Below, piece after piece: positions 46,718 through 56,597 of a stretch of DNA of 64,000 bases. The position numbers and the translations under genes were made by a program. The notes beneath the pieces were generated by a model. It saw only the letters and a list, made by a program, of their open reading frames with translations. It had not been told where the DNA came from and ran no database searches. The first letter of the stretch is position 1, and the number at the start of each line of letters is the position of its first letter. Source of the DNA: Cryomorphaceae bacterium (lineage in GTDB: Bacteria > Bacteroidota > Bacteroidia > Flavobacteriales > Schleiferiaceae); assembly GCA_017858515.1 (NCBI GenBank), contig JAFMBM010000008.1:1357-65356 (forward strand). The letters are read 5' to 3'.

Positions 46718-48320
46718 GTTATTCTTTGCGTTTTTTTTAGTTTTACTAAGTTCTCAGATTTCACAAGCTCAGTTTGCCTATCGCTATTTGAATCAGGCAG
46801 ATGATAGAGAAGTAGAAAGGTTGGTACAAACCATTTCAAATGATCGAATTCATAGCTCTATCCGTCCATTGCGCACTAGAGACCTTCCTTCTGTAGATTC
46901 ACTTCATTCTCTCTATACAATTCAAGGCAAATTTGCCTCAACTTGGGTGGGAAGGAAAATGCTCAACGAAAGATTAGTGAACGTTAACGCTCCAGGCTTT
47001 CAATGGAGATTTGATCCTTTGGTAGATTTCACCCTATCCTCCGAGTCGGGCTCCACCGATTCTAGAGTTCTATACACAAATACTCGGGGATTTATAATGG
47101 AAGGTAAAATCGGCCGAGATGTTAGTTTTGTGAGTAGTTTTAGAGAAAATCAGTCTCTCTTACCCTTTTGGGTACAACAATTTACCCAAGAAAATAGGGT
47201 TGTTCCTGGCCAAGGTATTGGCAGAAAATATAGTGGATTGGGCTATGATTTTGCCAATGCGACAGGAATGTTGACCTATGAAGCTGGCAATTACTTTGCT
47301 TTTACTTTTGGACATGGGCAAAATTTTATCGGAGAAGGGCATCGTTCACTTTTTCTAAGTGATGCGGCTTTTAATTACCCCTTTTTGAAAATTGAAACCA
47401 ATGTTTGGCGACTGAAATACATCAACTATTTCAATTTCATGACTGATATTCGTCCTGAAGTTGAAGTGAATAATGTGTTTGCAAGGAAATTTACTACCAT
47501 GCATTACTTGAGTTTAAACTTGGGTAAGCGTTGGAATATTAATTTCTTTGAATCTATCGTTTGGGCAGATTATGAAAACAGAGGGTTTGATGTCAACTTC
47601 CTCAACCCCATCATATTCTACCGTCCTGTAGAGTTCGCTGCGGGAAGCGAAGGTAGCAATGCACTCTTGGGTTTAGGAGCATCCTATTTAGCAAAGGATC
47701 GTTTGATGATTTATGGTCAATTCTTGTTGGATGAGTTTCGTTCTCAAGATATCGTCTCAGGAGGTGGCGCATGGGGAAATAAATTTGGTTGGCAATTAGG
47801 CGCAAAATGGTACGACGCCTTTGACGTGGATAAGTTATTCTTGAGGTTCGAAACGAACTCTGCTAGACCCTACACCTATTCTCATTTCGATGTAACAACA
47901 AATTATGGACATTACAATCAGGCCTTGGCGCATCCTTGGGGGGCTAACTTTTATGAGTTCATTCTCCAGTCAGCCTACGATTTCAATAGATGGGGCGTTG
48001 AATGGATGATCGATTACGGGCTCCAAGGAAATGATGACAGTGAGAATTATTACGGAAGAGGGATTTATCAGTCGTACAATGATCGTCCGTTCGACAAAGG
48101 ACATGATATCGCAAGATTTAATAGAAGTCAATTATTTATATCAGATTTGCGTCTTTATTGGATGATGAATCCAGCTATACGTTTACGAACAGAAATTGGC
48201 TTGACTTATCGCAGTCTGCAATTTGACTCTCCTATCCCTGGAGAATTGGAAAATCAAAACCATATGGTATTCAGTTTTGGTTTTAGAACCAATGTGTTTA
48301 ATAGATATTATGATTTTTAA
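46710..48320 (+). CDS. Outer-membrane beta-barrel protein, Wzi/RemB-like (capsule assembly family)
   Basis: Signal peptide MNKLFFAFFLVLLSSQISQAQ. Aromatic-rich beta-strand pattern ending in ...RYYDF. The family call is from memory of Wzi/RemB-like proteins and from context. Confidence 0.5.
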   Translation: MNKLFFAFFLVLLSSQISQAQFAYRYLNQADDREVERLVQTISNDRIHSSIRPLRTRDLPSVDSLHSLYTIQGKFASTWVGRKMLNERLVNVNAPGFQWRFDPLVDFTLSSESGSTDSRVLYTNTRGFIMEGKIGRDVSFVSSFRENQSLLPFWVQQFTQENRVVPGQGIGRKYSGLGYDFANATGMLTYEAGNYFAFTFGHGQNFIGEGHRSLFLSDAAFNYPFLKIETNVWRLKYINYFNFMTDIRPEVEVNNVFARKFTTMHYLSLNLGKRWNINFFESIVWADYENRGFDVNFLNPIIFYRPVEFAAGSEGSNALLGLGASYLAKDRLMIYGQFLLDEFRSQDIVSGGGAWGNKFGWQLGAKWYDAFDVDKLFLRFETNSARPYTYSHFDVTTNYGHYNQALAHPWGANFYEFILQSAYDFNRWGVEWMIDYGLQGNDDSENYYGRGIYQSYNDRPFDKGHDIARFNRSQLFISDLRLYWMMNPAIRLRTEIGLTYRSLQFDSPIPGELENQNHMVFSFGFRTNVFNRYYDF

Positions 48321-48910
48321 TGCTTAAGGAGTTTAAACCAACCCTTTTTTTTCTTCTTCGTTTTTTTCTAACCTATGCCGTGTGCAGTGTTTCATATGGA
48401 TTGTACATTAAAAAGTTCGATCAAAAGAATCCACCGGTCATTGATCCCATTACTAATGCAGTGGTTAAACAGCTTGGCACTTTAGCAGGTTGGATCGGAT
48501 ATAATGTAGATGTTGAGAAGAATGCCCACCTCAAATATGAAGACATTGCGGATGAACAAACTTTTAATACGCTGTATTTGAACGACATTCAAGCGATCGC
48601 TGTAGAAGAGGGATGCAACGGATTGAGTGTGATTATCCTTTTTGCTTCCTTTATTATAGCCTTTGGTGGAAGTCTAAAAAGAGTTTTGATCTTCATTCCT
48701 ATTGGAATTGTATTTATACATATTTCAAATCTCTTCCGACTTATTTTACTTGCTGTCCTAAATGTTGATTTCGATGGACGATACTTTCATTTTTTCCATA
48801 AATATGGCTTCACGGCAATAATCTATCTTTCTGTTTTTATACTTTGGTACATTTGGGTTCAATATTTAATTCGACCGAACTCAGGTAAAGACTATGCAAA
48901 AACCAACTAG
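48320..48910 (+). CDS. xrtF: Exosortase family protein XrtF
   Basis: Polytopic 196-aa protein with exosortase catalytic-type motifs EEGCNGLS (Cys), ISNLFRLILL (Arg) and FFHKYGF (His). Followed by its usual partner gene. Confidence 0.8.
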   Translation: MLKEFKPTLFFLLRFFLTYAVCSVSYGLYIKKFDQKNPPVIDPITNAVVKQLGTLAGWIGYNVDVEKNAHLKYEDIADEQTFNTLYLNDIQAIAVEEGCNGLSVIILFASFIIAFGGSLKRVLIFIPIGIVFIHISNLFRLILLAVLNVDFDGRYFHFFHKYGFTAIIYLSVFILWYIWVQYLIRPNSGKDYAKTN

Positions 48911-49340
48911 AAATTGGCCCATTATTTTTATTGCAAGTCTCGGCCTTTTCTTAGTTTACCTATTTCAGGACTATTTAAATTTCTTCACCGCTGTTCAATT
49001 TAAGGGCTGGAGAATTTCCTATATAGGTACCGATTACCTTCCTAAGGAATATCGACTTGAATTTGTCGTGAATAAAACTCTTAGGTATTTGTTAAATGAT
49101 CTCCTTTCAATCCTGTTAATCCATGGTATTTTCTTAAAGAAACGTTATACTGACTTTGCCTTTGTGTTAATGCTATTTGGCTTAGTCGTTCTACTTCCTC
49201 TCTATTTTTACCTTTACTTCGCGTCTATTGATGGCTTTAGTTCAATGATAAGCCATCTTCATCGTATTATATTAAATCCAGTTTTAATGATGTTACTTAT
49301 TCCGGCTTTATTGTACCAGCAGTCTCAAGAAAAGAGATAG
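48894..49340 (+). CDS. Exosortase F system-associated membrane protein
   Basis: 148 aa, about 4 TM. Overlaps the xrtF stop by 17 nt, the arrangement known for the XrtF pair. Confidence 0.7.
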   Translation: MQKPTRNWPIIFIASLGLFLVYLFQDYLNFFTAVQFKGWRISYIGTDYLPKEYRLEFVVNKTLRYLLNDLLSILLIHGIFLKKRYTDFAFVLMLFGLVVLLPLYFYLYFASIDGFSSMISHLHRIILNPVLMMLLIPALLYQQSQEKR

Positions 49341-49343
49341 TAC

Positions 49344-50021
49344 GTGATAGACCTGATCTCAATAAAGAAGTCGTATACCATAGGACAAAGAGTTATGCCC
49401 GTTTTAAAGGGGATAGATCTTCAAATTGCCGAAGGCGAACTGGTAAGTATAATGGGATCATCGGGTTCTGGAAAAAGTACTTTATTGAATATTCTCGGAA
49501 TATTAGATAGTTACGATAGTGGTTCCTATCATCTAGGTGATACGTTAATTAGCGAGCTTACTGAAAAGCAAGCGGCGATCTATAGAAATCAATTTATTGG
49601 CTTTGTGTTTCAGAGCTTTCATCTCATTCCTTTTAAAAGTGCCTTAGATAATGTTGCGCTTCCTCTCTATTATCAAAAGGTATCAAGAAAGAAGCGGACA
49701 AGTTTAGCCATGGAATATCTCGATAAAGTAGGGCTGAAAGATTGGGCAGATCATCTTCCATCTGAAATGTCTGGAGGACAAAAGCAAAGAGTGGCTATTG
49801 CTCGCTCTCTAATCTCCAATCCTAGAGTTCTATTGGCAGATGAGCCTACTGGAGCTCTAGATTCTCAAACTTCAATTGAAGTAATGCAACTTTTGAAGAA
49901 TATTAATGCCGAAGGAATGACGGTTGTAATTGTAACGCATGAGAATGAAATTGCCGCTGAAACCCAAAGAGTGATTCGTTTAAAGGACGGCCTCATAGAG
50001 ACCACTTCTTTGCATGTTTGA
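49344..50021 (+). CDS. ABC transporter ATP-binding protein (MacB/LolD type)
   Basis: Walker A GSSGSGKST, signature MSGGQKQR, Walker B LLADEPTGALD. GTG start. Confidence 0.9.
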   Translation: MIDLISIKKSYTIGQRVMPVLKGIDLQIAEGELVSIMGSSGSGKSTLLNILGILDSYDSGSYHLGDTLISELTEKQAAIYRNQFIGFVFQSFHLIPFKSALDNVALPLYYQKVSRKKRTSLAMEYLDKVGLKDWADHLPSEMSGGQKQRVAIARSLISNPRVLLADEPTGALDSQTSIEVMQLLKNINAEGMTVVIVTHENEIAAETQRVIRLKDGLIETTSLHV

Positions 50022-51243
50022 TTTGGAACGCTGGCAAGAGATTTTTGAAACACTTAGAAAAAATAGGCTAAGGAGCGTTCTTACAGGCTTTAGCGTGGCT
50101 TGGGGAATCTTTATGTTGGTGATCTTATTAGGCACCGGAGAAGGTCTAAGGAAAGGAGTCGAGGGTATGTTCTTAGACGATAATTTCAACAGCCTTTTTA
50201 TTTATAGCGATGTAACCTCTATGCCTTATAAGGGCATGAATGCAGGAAGATCTATCAATTTTACTAACGACGATTATAATTATTTGAGCAATCAGTATTC
50301 TGATGTAAAGTATTCATCTGGAAGATTTCAAAGGTGGAATATGCAAGCAATCTATGGGAAGCAATCTTTCCAGGGTAGATTTCGTGCCGTCCATCCTGAT
50401 CATATGTACCTTGAGCTCACCCAGGTTTATTCGGGAAGATTTATCAATGATATCGACATTAAACAGAAAAGAAAGGTAGCCTGTATTGGAAATTATGTGG
50501 CAAGTCAACTTTTTAAAGAAGAAGATCCACTGGGAAAATGGATCTCAGTAGGTGGGGTGAATTTCAAAGTAGTGGGGGTATTTAAAGACGAAGGGGGACA
50601 AAACGAAGAAAGCGTTATCTACACTCCAATAAGTACAGCTCAACAGGTCTTTGGAGGTGCAAATCAAGTGGATATGGTTATGCTAGCTCTAGATCCTGAG
50701 GTTTCCTTTAATAAGACGAACGAGTTAGCAACTACCGTTAAGAGCGAATTGGCAAGGAGGAAGCAATTCGATCCGAGCGATCAAAGAGCGGTAAATGTGC
50801 GTAATCTCCGAGAGGAAGTAGAGAATATTACCCAAATTTTGGCGGGAATCCGAATTTTCATCTGGGTTATTGGCATTGGAACCCTCATCGCTGGTATTGT
50901 AGGGGTAAGCAATATTATGGTTATCGTTGTAAAAGAGAGGACAAAAGAAATAGGAATAAGGAAAGCTTTGGGCGCTACACCTCAGTCTATCATTGGTTTG
51001 TTACTTCAAGAATCTATTTTTATAACTGCCGTTGCGGGCTATCTTGGTTTACTTTCTGGAATTTTGCTTTTGGAGTTTCTAGGACCATTGATAGAAGCAG
51101 AATATTTCAAACATCCTTCTGTAGATTTCTCTGTTGCCGTAATTACAACCATTTTGTTAGTTCTAGCAGGAGCCATAGCCGGCTTTATTCCAGCTAGAAA
51201 GGCAGCATCCGTTCAACCTGTTGTCGCACTTAAAGATGAGTAA
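50014..51243 (+). CDS. ABC transporter permease (MacB periplasmic domain plus FtsX)
   Basis: N-terminal TM, large periplasmic domain, C-terminal FtsX-type region with VKERTKEIGIRKALGA motif. Confidence 0.9.
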   Translation: MFDLERWQEIFETLRKNRLRSVLTGFSVAWGIFMLVILLGTGEGLRKGVEGMFLDDNFNSLFIYSDVTSMPYKGMNAGRSINFTNDDYNYLSNQYSDVKYSSGRFQRWNMQAIYGKQSFQGRFRAVHPDHMYLELTQVYSGRFINDIDIKQKRKVACIGNYVASQLFKEEDPLGKWISVGGVNFKVVGVFKDEGGQNEESVIYTPISTAQQVFGGANQVDMVMLALDPEVSFNKTNELATTVKSELARRKQFDPSDQRAVNVRNLREEVENITQILAGIRIFIWVIGIGTLIAGIVGVSNIMVIVVKERTKEIGIRKALGATPQSIIGLLLQESIFITAVAGYLGLLSGILLLEFLGPLIEAEYFKHPSVDFSVAVITTILLVLAGAIAGFIPARKAASVQPVVALKDE

Positions 51244-51245
51244 AC

Positions 51246-52505
51246 ATGTTTGATCGCGATCGCTGGCAAGAAATATTTCACGTGCTCTCTGCGAATAAAC
51301 TCCGAACCACTTTAACGGCTTTCGGTGTCTTTTGGGGAATTTTCATGATGATTATTATGGTTGGCTCTGGCAATGGCCTGAAAAACGGGGTAACTCGAGA
51401 CATGGGCGGTGTGGCTATGAATAGCTCCTTCATGTGGACCCAGTCTACGAGTATGCCCTATAAGGGATTACCTAAAGGACGGAGTTTCTATTTTAAGAAT
51501 GAGGATATTGAGGCTATAAAACGACAAATTCCTGAAGTAGAGGCTGTGGCCCCGAGAAATAGTTTGGGTGGATGGCAAGGTTCAAACAATGTAATTCGGG
51601 GGCTAAGAACGGGAGCCTTTTCAATTTTTGGCGATGAACCAGCCTTTTTTCGAGTGAAGCCCATTGTTTTGATAGAAGGAAGATTGCTGAATGAAAACGA
51701 TTTAGCAGAAAAAAGGAAGATTTGCGTAATTGGGCAGCGCGTAAAGGAAATGCTTTTTGATGATGGCGAAGAGGTAATTGGAGAGTCTATTCAAGTGAAT
51801 GGCGTCTATTTTATGGTGGTTGGTGTACTGCGGAGTAAGCAAAAAGGGGAGAATGGCGACGAAGAGAATCAATCGGTATTTATTCCTTTTTCTACCTTTC
51901 AAAAGGCATTTAATTACGGAGACATAGTTGGATGGTTTGCTTTTCTTGCAAAAGAAGATCAGGATGTTGTGGAAGTTGAGGCCAAAGTGAAACAATTTTT
52001 AATGGCAAGACATAAGATTCATCCAGAAGATCGAAGAGCCATTGGAAGTTGGAATATGGCAACGGAATTCCGTAAGATTAGCGGTTTATTTACCGGAATT
52101 AAATGGCTTTCCTTTGTGGTGGGTTTTTTTACACTCCTTGCTGGAGCCATTGGCGTTAGCAATATAATGCTGGTTATTGTCAAAGAAAGAACCAAAGAAA
52201 TTGGGATACGCAGAGCGCTAGGCGCTACTCCAATGAATGTATTTAGCCAGATTCTTAGTGAATCTGCTTTTCTAACATTGATAGCAGGAATAGCCGGTAT
52301 TTTAGCTGGAGTTTGGTCTTTGGAAGGCATAAGCTCCATTATAGATTCAACAGGCGATGGTGGATCTTTTACCAAACCGGGTGTAGATCTAAAACTAACC
52401 TTGGCCTCATTGGGAATACTCATTATTATTGGCCTTGGTGCAGGAATGATTCCGGCTAGAAAGGCCGTCAGTGTAAAACCGATAACCGCTTTAAGAGACG
52501 AATAA
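51246..52505 (+). CDS. ABC transporter permease (MacB periplasmic domain plus FtsX), paralogue
   Basis: Same architecture as the previous gene. VKERTKEIGIRRALGA motif. Confidence 0.9.
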   Translation: MFDRDRWQEIFHVLSANKLRTTLTAFGVFWGIFMMIIMVGSGNGLKNGVTRDMGGVAMNSSFMWTQSTSMPYKGLPKGRSFYFKNEDIEAIKRQIPEVEAVAPRNSLGGWQGSNNVIRGLRTGAFSIFGDEPAFFRVKPIVLIEGRLLNENDLAEKRKICVIGQRVKEMLFDDGEEVIGESIQVNGVYFMVVGVLRSKQKGENGDEENQSVFIPFSTFQKAFNYGDIVGWFAFLAKEDQDVVEVEAKVKQFLMARHKIHPEDRRAIGSWNMATEFRKISGLFTGIKWLSFVVGFFTLLAGAIGVSNIMLVIVKERTKEIGIRRALGATPMNVFSQILSESAFLTLIAGIAGILAGVWSLEGISSIIDSTGDGGSFTKPGVDLKLTLASLGILIIIGLGAGMIPARKAVSVKPITALRDE

Positions 52506-52514
52506 AAAGAAAGT

Positions 52515-53606
52515 ATGAAGAAAATTTTGCCATGGCTATTTGGAATAGCCGTCTTCTGTGGATTGATCTACACCTTTTATTTTTTGTACCAAAAATCGCA
52601 GCAAAAACCAGTTGTGTATTCAACTGAAATGGCTTCTGTAAGAGATGTAATTAATAAAACTGTAGCAACGGGCTCTATTGTTCCAAGAGAAGAAGTGGAT
52701 ATAAAACCTCAAGTTTCTGGAATTATTAGCGAAGTATTTGTTGAACCGGGTGAAATAGTTCAGGTGGGAGATCCCATCGCCAAAGTGCAGGTTATTCCAA
52801 ATATGAGTAGCTTGAACAATGCCGAAAATAGAATTGATAGAGCACGTGCGGAACTAGATAATGCTCAATTAGAATTTGACCGTAGTGATGTCCTGTATAC
52901 TAAAGGGGCAATGTCGCAGCAAGAGTGGCAAACCACTTCACTGCGGTTGAAGAATGCCAAAATAGAAATGCAGAATGCATTAGACAATTTGGATATAGTA
53001 AAAGAAGGCGCCACAAAGAGTTCCGGCAAATCGGCTATAACCCTTATTAAGTCTACCGTTCAAGGAATGGTACTCCAGGTTCCAGTAAAATTGGGTAATC
53101 AGGTAATTGAAAGCAATACTTTCAATGATGGTACCACGGTGGCTACTATTGCCGATATGAAGGACATGATTTTTCTCGGTAAGATTGATGAATCGGAAGT
53201 GGGAAAAATTAAAGAAGGAATGACTTTGTTGCTTACCATTGGAGCTATTGAGGATGAAAGATTTAATGCCAGTTTAGAATACATCTCTCCTAAAGGGGTG
53301 CTGGAGAATGGCGCCATTCAATTCGAAATTAAGGCAGACGTTACCATTCCAGAGGGTAGCTTTATTAGGGCTGGGTTCTCCGCCAATGCGGATATCGTCT
53401 TGGATAAACGCGAAGGCGTACTCACACTAGATGAAAAACTTCTTCAGTTTGATGAAGGTAATCCCTATGTAGAAATTCAAACGGGTGAACAGGTATTTGA
53501 GAAAAAGCCTCTTAAGCTGGGATTGTCGGATGGTATTTACGTAGAGGTTTTAGAAGGAATTTCTTCGGAAGACAAGATTAAAGTTTGGAACCAAACAGGA
53601 TTCTAA
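52515..53606 (+). CDS. Efflux transporter periplasmic adaptor subunit (HlyD/MacA family)
   Basis: N-terminal TM, lipoyl-like motif GEIVQVGDPIAKV, coiled-coil hairpin, beta-barrel C-terminus. Confidence 0.85.
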   Translation: MKKILPWLFGIAVFCGLIYTFYFLYQKSQQKPVVYSTEMASVRDVINKTVATGSIVPREEVDIKPQVSGIISEVFVEPGEIVQVGDPIAKVQVIPNMSSLNNAENRIDRARAELDNAQLEFDRSDVLYTKGAMSQQEWQTTSLRLKNAKIEMQNALDNLDIVKEGATKSSGKSAITLIKSTVQGMVLQVPVKLGNQVIESNTFNDGTTVATIADMKDMIFLGKIDESEVGKIKEGMTLLLTIGAIEDERFNASLEYISPKGVLENGAIQFEIKADVTIPEGSFIRAGFSANADIVLDKREGVLTLDEKLLQFDEGNPYVEIQTGEQVFEKKPLKLGLSDGIYVEVLEGISSEDKIKVWNQTGF

Positions 53607-54502
53607 GAGGATCCTCTTGGGTGATATTTCAATATTGCTTGTTCCAAATGTTTTCGGTCTAAATGGGTGTAAATCTCTGTGGTTAAGATGCTCTCATGTC
53701 CTAACATTTCTTGTACAATTCGAAGATCGGCTCCATTTCGAACCAAATGGGTAGCAAAAGAGTGTCTAAATGTATGCGGACTGATGTTCTTTTTAATGCC
53801 GGCCTTTTCGGCCCAAAGCTTAACCCATTTGAAAACACTTACTCTACTTAGTCTTCCCCCTTTCTGATTTATAAAGACATAAGCTTTGGCAGCTTCAACA
53901 ACGTCTATGTGATTTCTCATTTGATCTTTATAAAGCTCAATATGTTTAATCGCTAAATCGTTAATTGGAATTATTCTTTGTTTGTTTCCTTTTCCGATTA
54001 CTCGAATATATCCTTCGGTAAAAAAGAGATCGTCTATTTTTAAATCTACCAATTCACTTACACGGAGACCACATCCATAAAGAACTTCAAAAAGAGCACG
54101 ATCTCTATGTCCTGTTTTTGAGCCGAGCTCTATTGAATTTGCAATTTTATCAATCTCCTCCGTCGTCAATACCTCGGGCAAATAACTTCCTATTCGCGGG
54201 CTTTCTAGTAAATCGGTAGGATTGTTTTCGAGGGCTTTGTCGTAAACGAGATAATCAAAAAAAGAGCGCCAAGAGGAAACAATTCGGGCGATACTTCTTT
54301 TCGATTTTCCTTCCTCGATTTCTATTTTTAGGCATTCCTCCAGATGAATCAATTCCAACAAGGCAATTTTACAGTCTTCCTTTTCGCTAAACTTTTGCAA
54401 AGCCTTTAAATCGTTCAGATAGGCCTTAATGGTATTTTGTGACAGTCCTCTTTCGAGAATCAAATAGGTCCTGAAACCACGGAGTGCCTGTTGCCAATTC
54501 AT
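53603..54502 (-). CDS. xerD: Site-specific tyrosine recombinase XerD
   Basis: C-terminal catalytic region HTFRHSFATHLVRNGADLRIVQEMLGHESILTTEIYTHL. 299 aa. Confidence 0.85.
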   Translation of the reverse strand: MNWQQALRGFRTYLILERGLSQNTIKAYLNDLKALQKFSEKEDCKIALLELIHLEECLKIEIEEGKSKRSIARIVSSWRSFFDYLVYDKALENNPTDLLESPRIGSYLPEVLTTEEIDKIANSIELGSKTGHRDRALFEVLYGCGLRVSELVDLKIDDLFFTEGYIRVIGKGNKQRIIPINDLAIKHIELYKDQMRNHIDVVEAAKAYVFINQKGGRLSRVSVFKWVKLWAEKAGIKKNISPHTFRHSFATHLVRNGADLRIVQEMLGHESILTTEIYTHLDRKHLEQAILKYHPRGSS

Positions 54503-54503
54503 A

Positions 54504-55040
54504 TTAATTCAATCCAATTATTCGAAAATAGTCGAATAGGTTGGCTTCGTACTTTTTACGTTGTTCTTCATCCAAGTAAACACAGTCAGAAGAGTTGTCT
54601 GTATTGCAGTATTTCAATTCTTTGTTGTTTAAAATTGCACTGTAGAATTCAAATGCAAACTGCCATTGTTCTTCATTGTTCAGGCTGTCTAAAGCTACGG
54701 CTTGATGTTCTATCCACCACAATCGGTCTGTTAAACTATCCGACCAATAAGCTCTAATGTACCATTCATCAAGGGCTTCATTTTCAATTAATAAGAATTG
54801 TAAAGTTTCGGAATCTAATTTTTTAAACCGGCGCAGATTAAAAACACCCGCATTATCCCATTCGGAGTGGTAATAATAAGAACGAAGGTTTTTGAAGAAC
54901 AATTTATCAGCAGAACGAACTGTGAAAGTTGGATCGTTTGATGAAGGTACTTTTGGTTTAGGCGGAAAAAGAAAGGAAAGTGCCAACAATGAAAAAACAA
55001 AAACCAAAAAGTATTTTACAAGTGGGGAAGACGGTTTCAA
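54504..55040 (-). CDS. Hypothetical membrane-anchored protein
   Basis: 178-aa ORF, N-terminal TM (YFLVFVFSLLALSFLF), Trp-rich. Begins 1 nt after the xerD stop. Confidence 0.5.
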   Translation of the reverse strand: MKPSSPLVKYFLVFVFSLLALSFLFPPKPKVPSSNDPTFTVRSADKLFFKNLRSYYYHSEWDNAGVFNLRRFKKLDSETLQFLLIENEALDEWYIRAYWSDSLTDRLWWIEHQAVALDSLNNEEQWQFAFEFYSAILNNKELKYCNTDNSSDCVYLDEEQRKKYEANLFDYFRIIGLN

Positions 55041-55121
55041 TTGGGTGAAAGTGGGTATAAATTGAGTAAAACTTTGTCAAATAACGCGAACTAAGCCGAA
55101 GTGTTGATGTTGATTTGCAAT

Positions 55122-56597
55122 ATGTCTAAAGCCATTATAATTGGATCGGGAGTAGCGGGTTTGGCCTCTGCGGCAAGATTGGCAGCCTTGGGGTGGCAAG
55201 TTGCTGTATTTGAGTCGAATGACTATCCTGGTGGCAAGCTGTCTCAGTTCGAATTAAAAGGATACCGATTTGATGCGGGTCCTTCTTTGTTTACGCTCCC
55301 AAAGCTAGTGACTGAAATTATAGAATTTGCAGGCAAGAAGGTGGATGATTATTTCGAATTTATACGATGTGAAGAAGCTTGCCGATATTTTTGGGATGAT
55401 GGCACACGATTAAGGGCATGGTCTGATGCAAAGGCCTTCGCTCATGAAGTAGAAGAGAAACTTGCAGAGCCTTCTGAACGAGTACTGAAATACCTCGATG
55501 AAAGCGCAAAGTTGTACGAGAATACTCATAGCTTATTCCTAGAATCATCTCTTCATCGTTGGCAAACCTATCTAAACAAAGAAGTCTTTTCGGCCTTGTT
55601 CAATTTAAGATCGCTGCATCTTACAGAGAATCTACACGATATAAATACAAAGCGTTTTAAGAATCCCAAATTAGTACAATTGTTTGATCGCTTTGCGACT
55701 TACAACGGATCGAGCCCTTTCTTAACACCAGGGGTAATGCAGATCATACCTCATTTGGAGCATAATGTGGGAACCTATTATCCCAAAGGAGGAATGCATG
55801 CCATAACGGAAGCGCTTTATTCACTGGGAAAGGATTTAGGCGTAGAGTTCCATTTTAACTCAAAAGTGGATGAAATTCTTTTGGAAGGGAGAAAAGCCAT
55901 CGGAGTTAAAGTAGGAGGGAAGTCGTTTTCATCAGACCTAGTGGTTAGCAACGCAGATGTTCATCCAACCTACCGACATTTACTTCCAAAACAAAAGGCT
56001 CCAGAAAAAATTTTACAACAAGAGCGATCCAGCTCAGCTTTTATCTTTTATTGGGGAATATCAAAAAGCTTCCAAGAACTGGGACTTCACAATATCTTTT
56101 TTAGTCAGGATTATCGGAAAGAGTTTAAAGCCATATTCAGCGATAAGTCTATTCCTAGCGATCCAACTGTTTACCTCAATATTAGCTCAAAACACACGAG
56201 CAGCGATGCCCCAGAATCTTCTGAGAATTGGTTTGTAATGGTAAACACACCAGGAGATTACGGTCAAGATTGGGCGAGTATTCGAGAAAGCCTTCGCCGC
56301 ACCATTATCAAAAAAATAAATGCAGCACTGAACACCGATATAGAACCCTTTATTTCCGTAGAAGAAATTCTAGATCCACCTCAAATAGAATCTAAAACTT
56401 CCAGTTATAAAGGTGCTTTATACGGCTCGGCGAGTAACGATACAATGAGTGCCTTTTTGCGCCATCCCAATTTTTCTAGAAAGCTGAAAGGTCTTTATTT
56501 TGTAGGTGGAAGTGCTCATCCAGGGGGAGGCATTCCTTTGTGCTTGCTTTCGGCGCGAATAACCACAGAAATTATTAATTTGGACTATGCCATTTGA
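55122..56597 (+). CDS. Phytoene desaturase family protein (CrtD-like 1-hydroxycarotenoid 3,4-desaturase)
   Basis: FAD fold AIIIGSGVAGLASAARLA and C-terminal CrtI-family motif FVGGSAHPGGGIPLCLLSA. ATG at 55122 preferred. Confidence 0.8.
   Translation: MSKAIIIGSGVAGLASAARLAALGWQVAVFESNDYPGGKLSQFELKGYRFDAGPSLFTLPKLVTEIIEFAGKKVDDYFEFIRCEEACRYFWDDGTRLRAWSDAKAFAHEVEEKLAEPSERVLKYLDESAKLYENTHSLFLESSLHRWQTYLNKEVFSALFNLRSLHLTENLHDINTKRFKNPKLVQLFDRFATYNGSSPFLTPGVMQIIPHLEHNVGTYYPKGGMHAITEALYSLGKDLGVEFHFNSKVDEILLEGRKAIGVKVGGKSFSSDLVVSNADVHPTYRHLLPKQKAPEKILQQERSSSAFIFYWGISKSFQELGLHNIFFSQDYRKEFKAIFSDKSIPSDPTVYLNISSKHTSSDAPESSENWFVMVNTPGDYGQDWASIRESLRRTIIKKINAALNTDIEPFISVEEILDPPQIESKTSSYKGALYGSASNDTMSAFLRHPNFSRKLKGLYFVGGSAHPGGGIPLCLLSARITTEIINLDYAI

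Noticed and set aside
53603-54502. Tyrosine recombinase as a marker of an integrated mobile element.
   Set aside because: The sequence, length and catalytic region fit chromosomal XerD. There are no flanking direct repeats, tRNA target, or phage or conjugation genes on either side.
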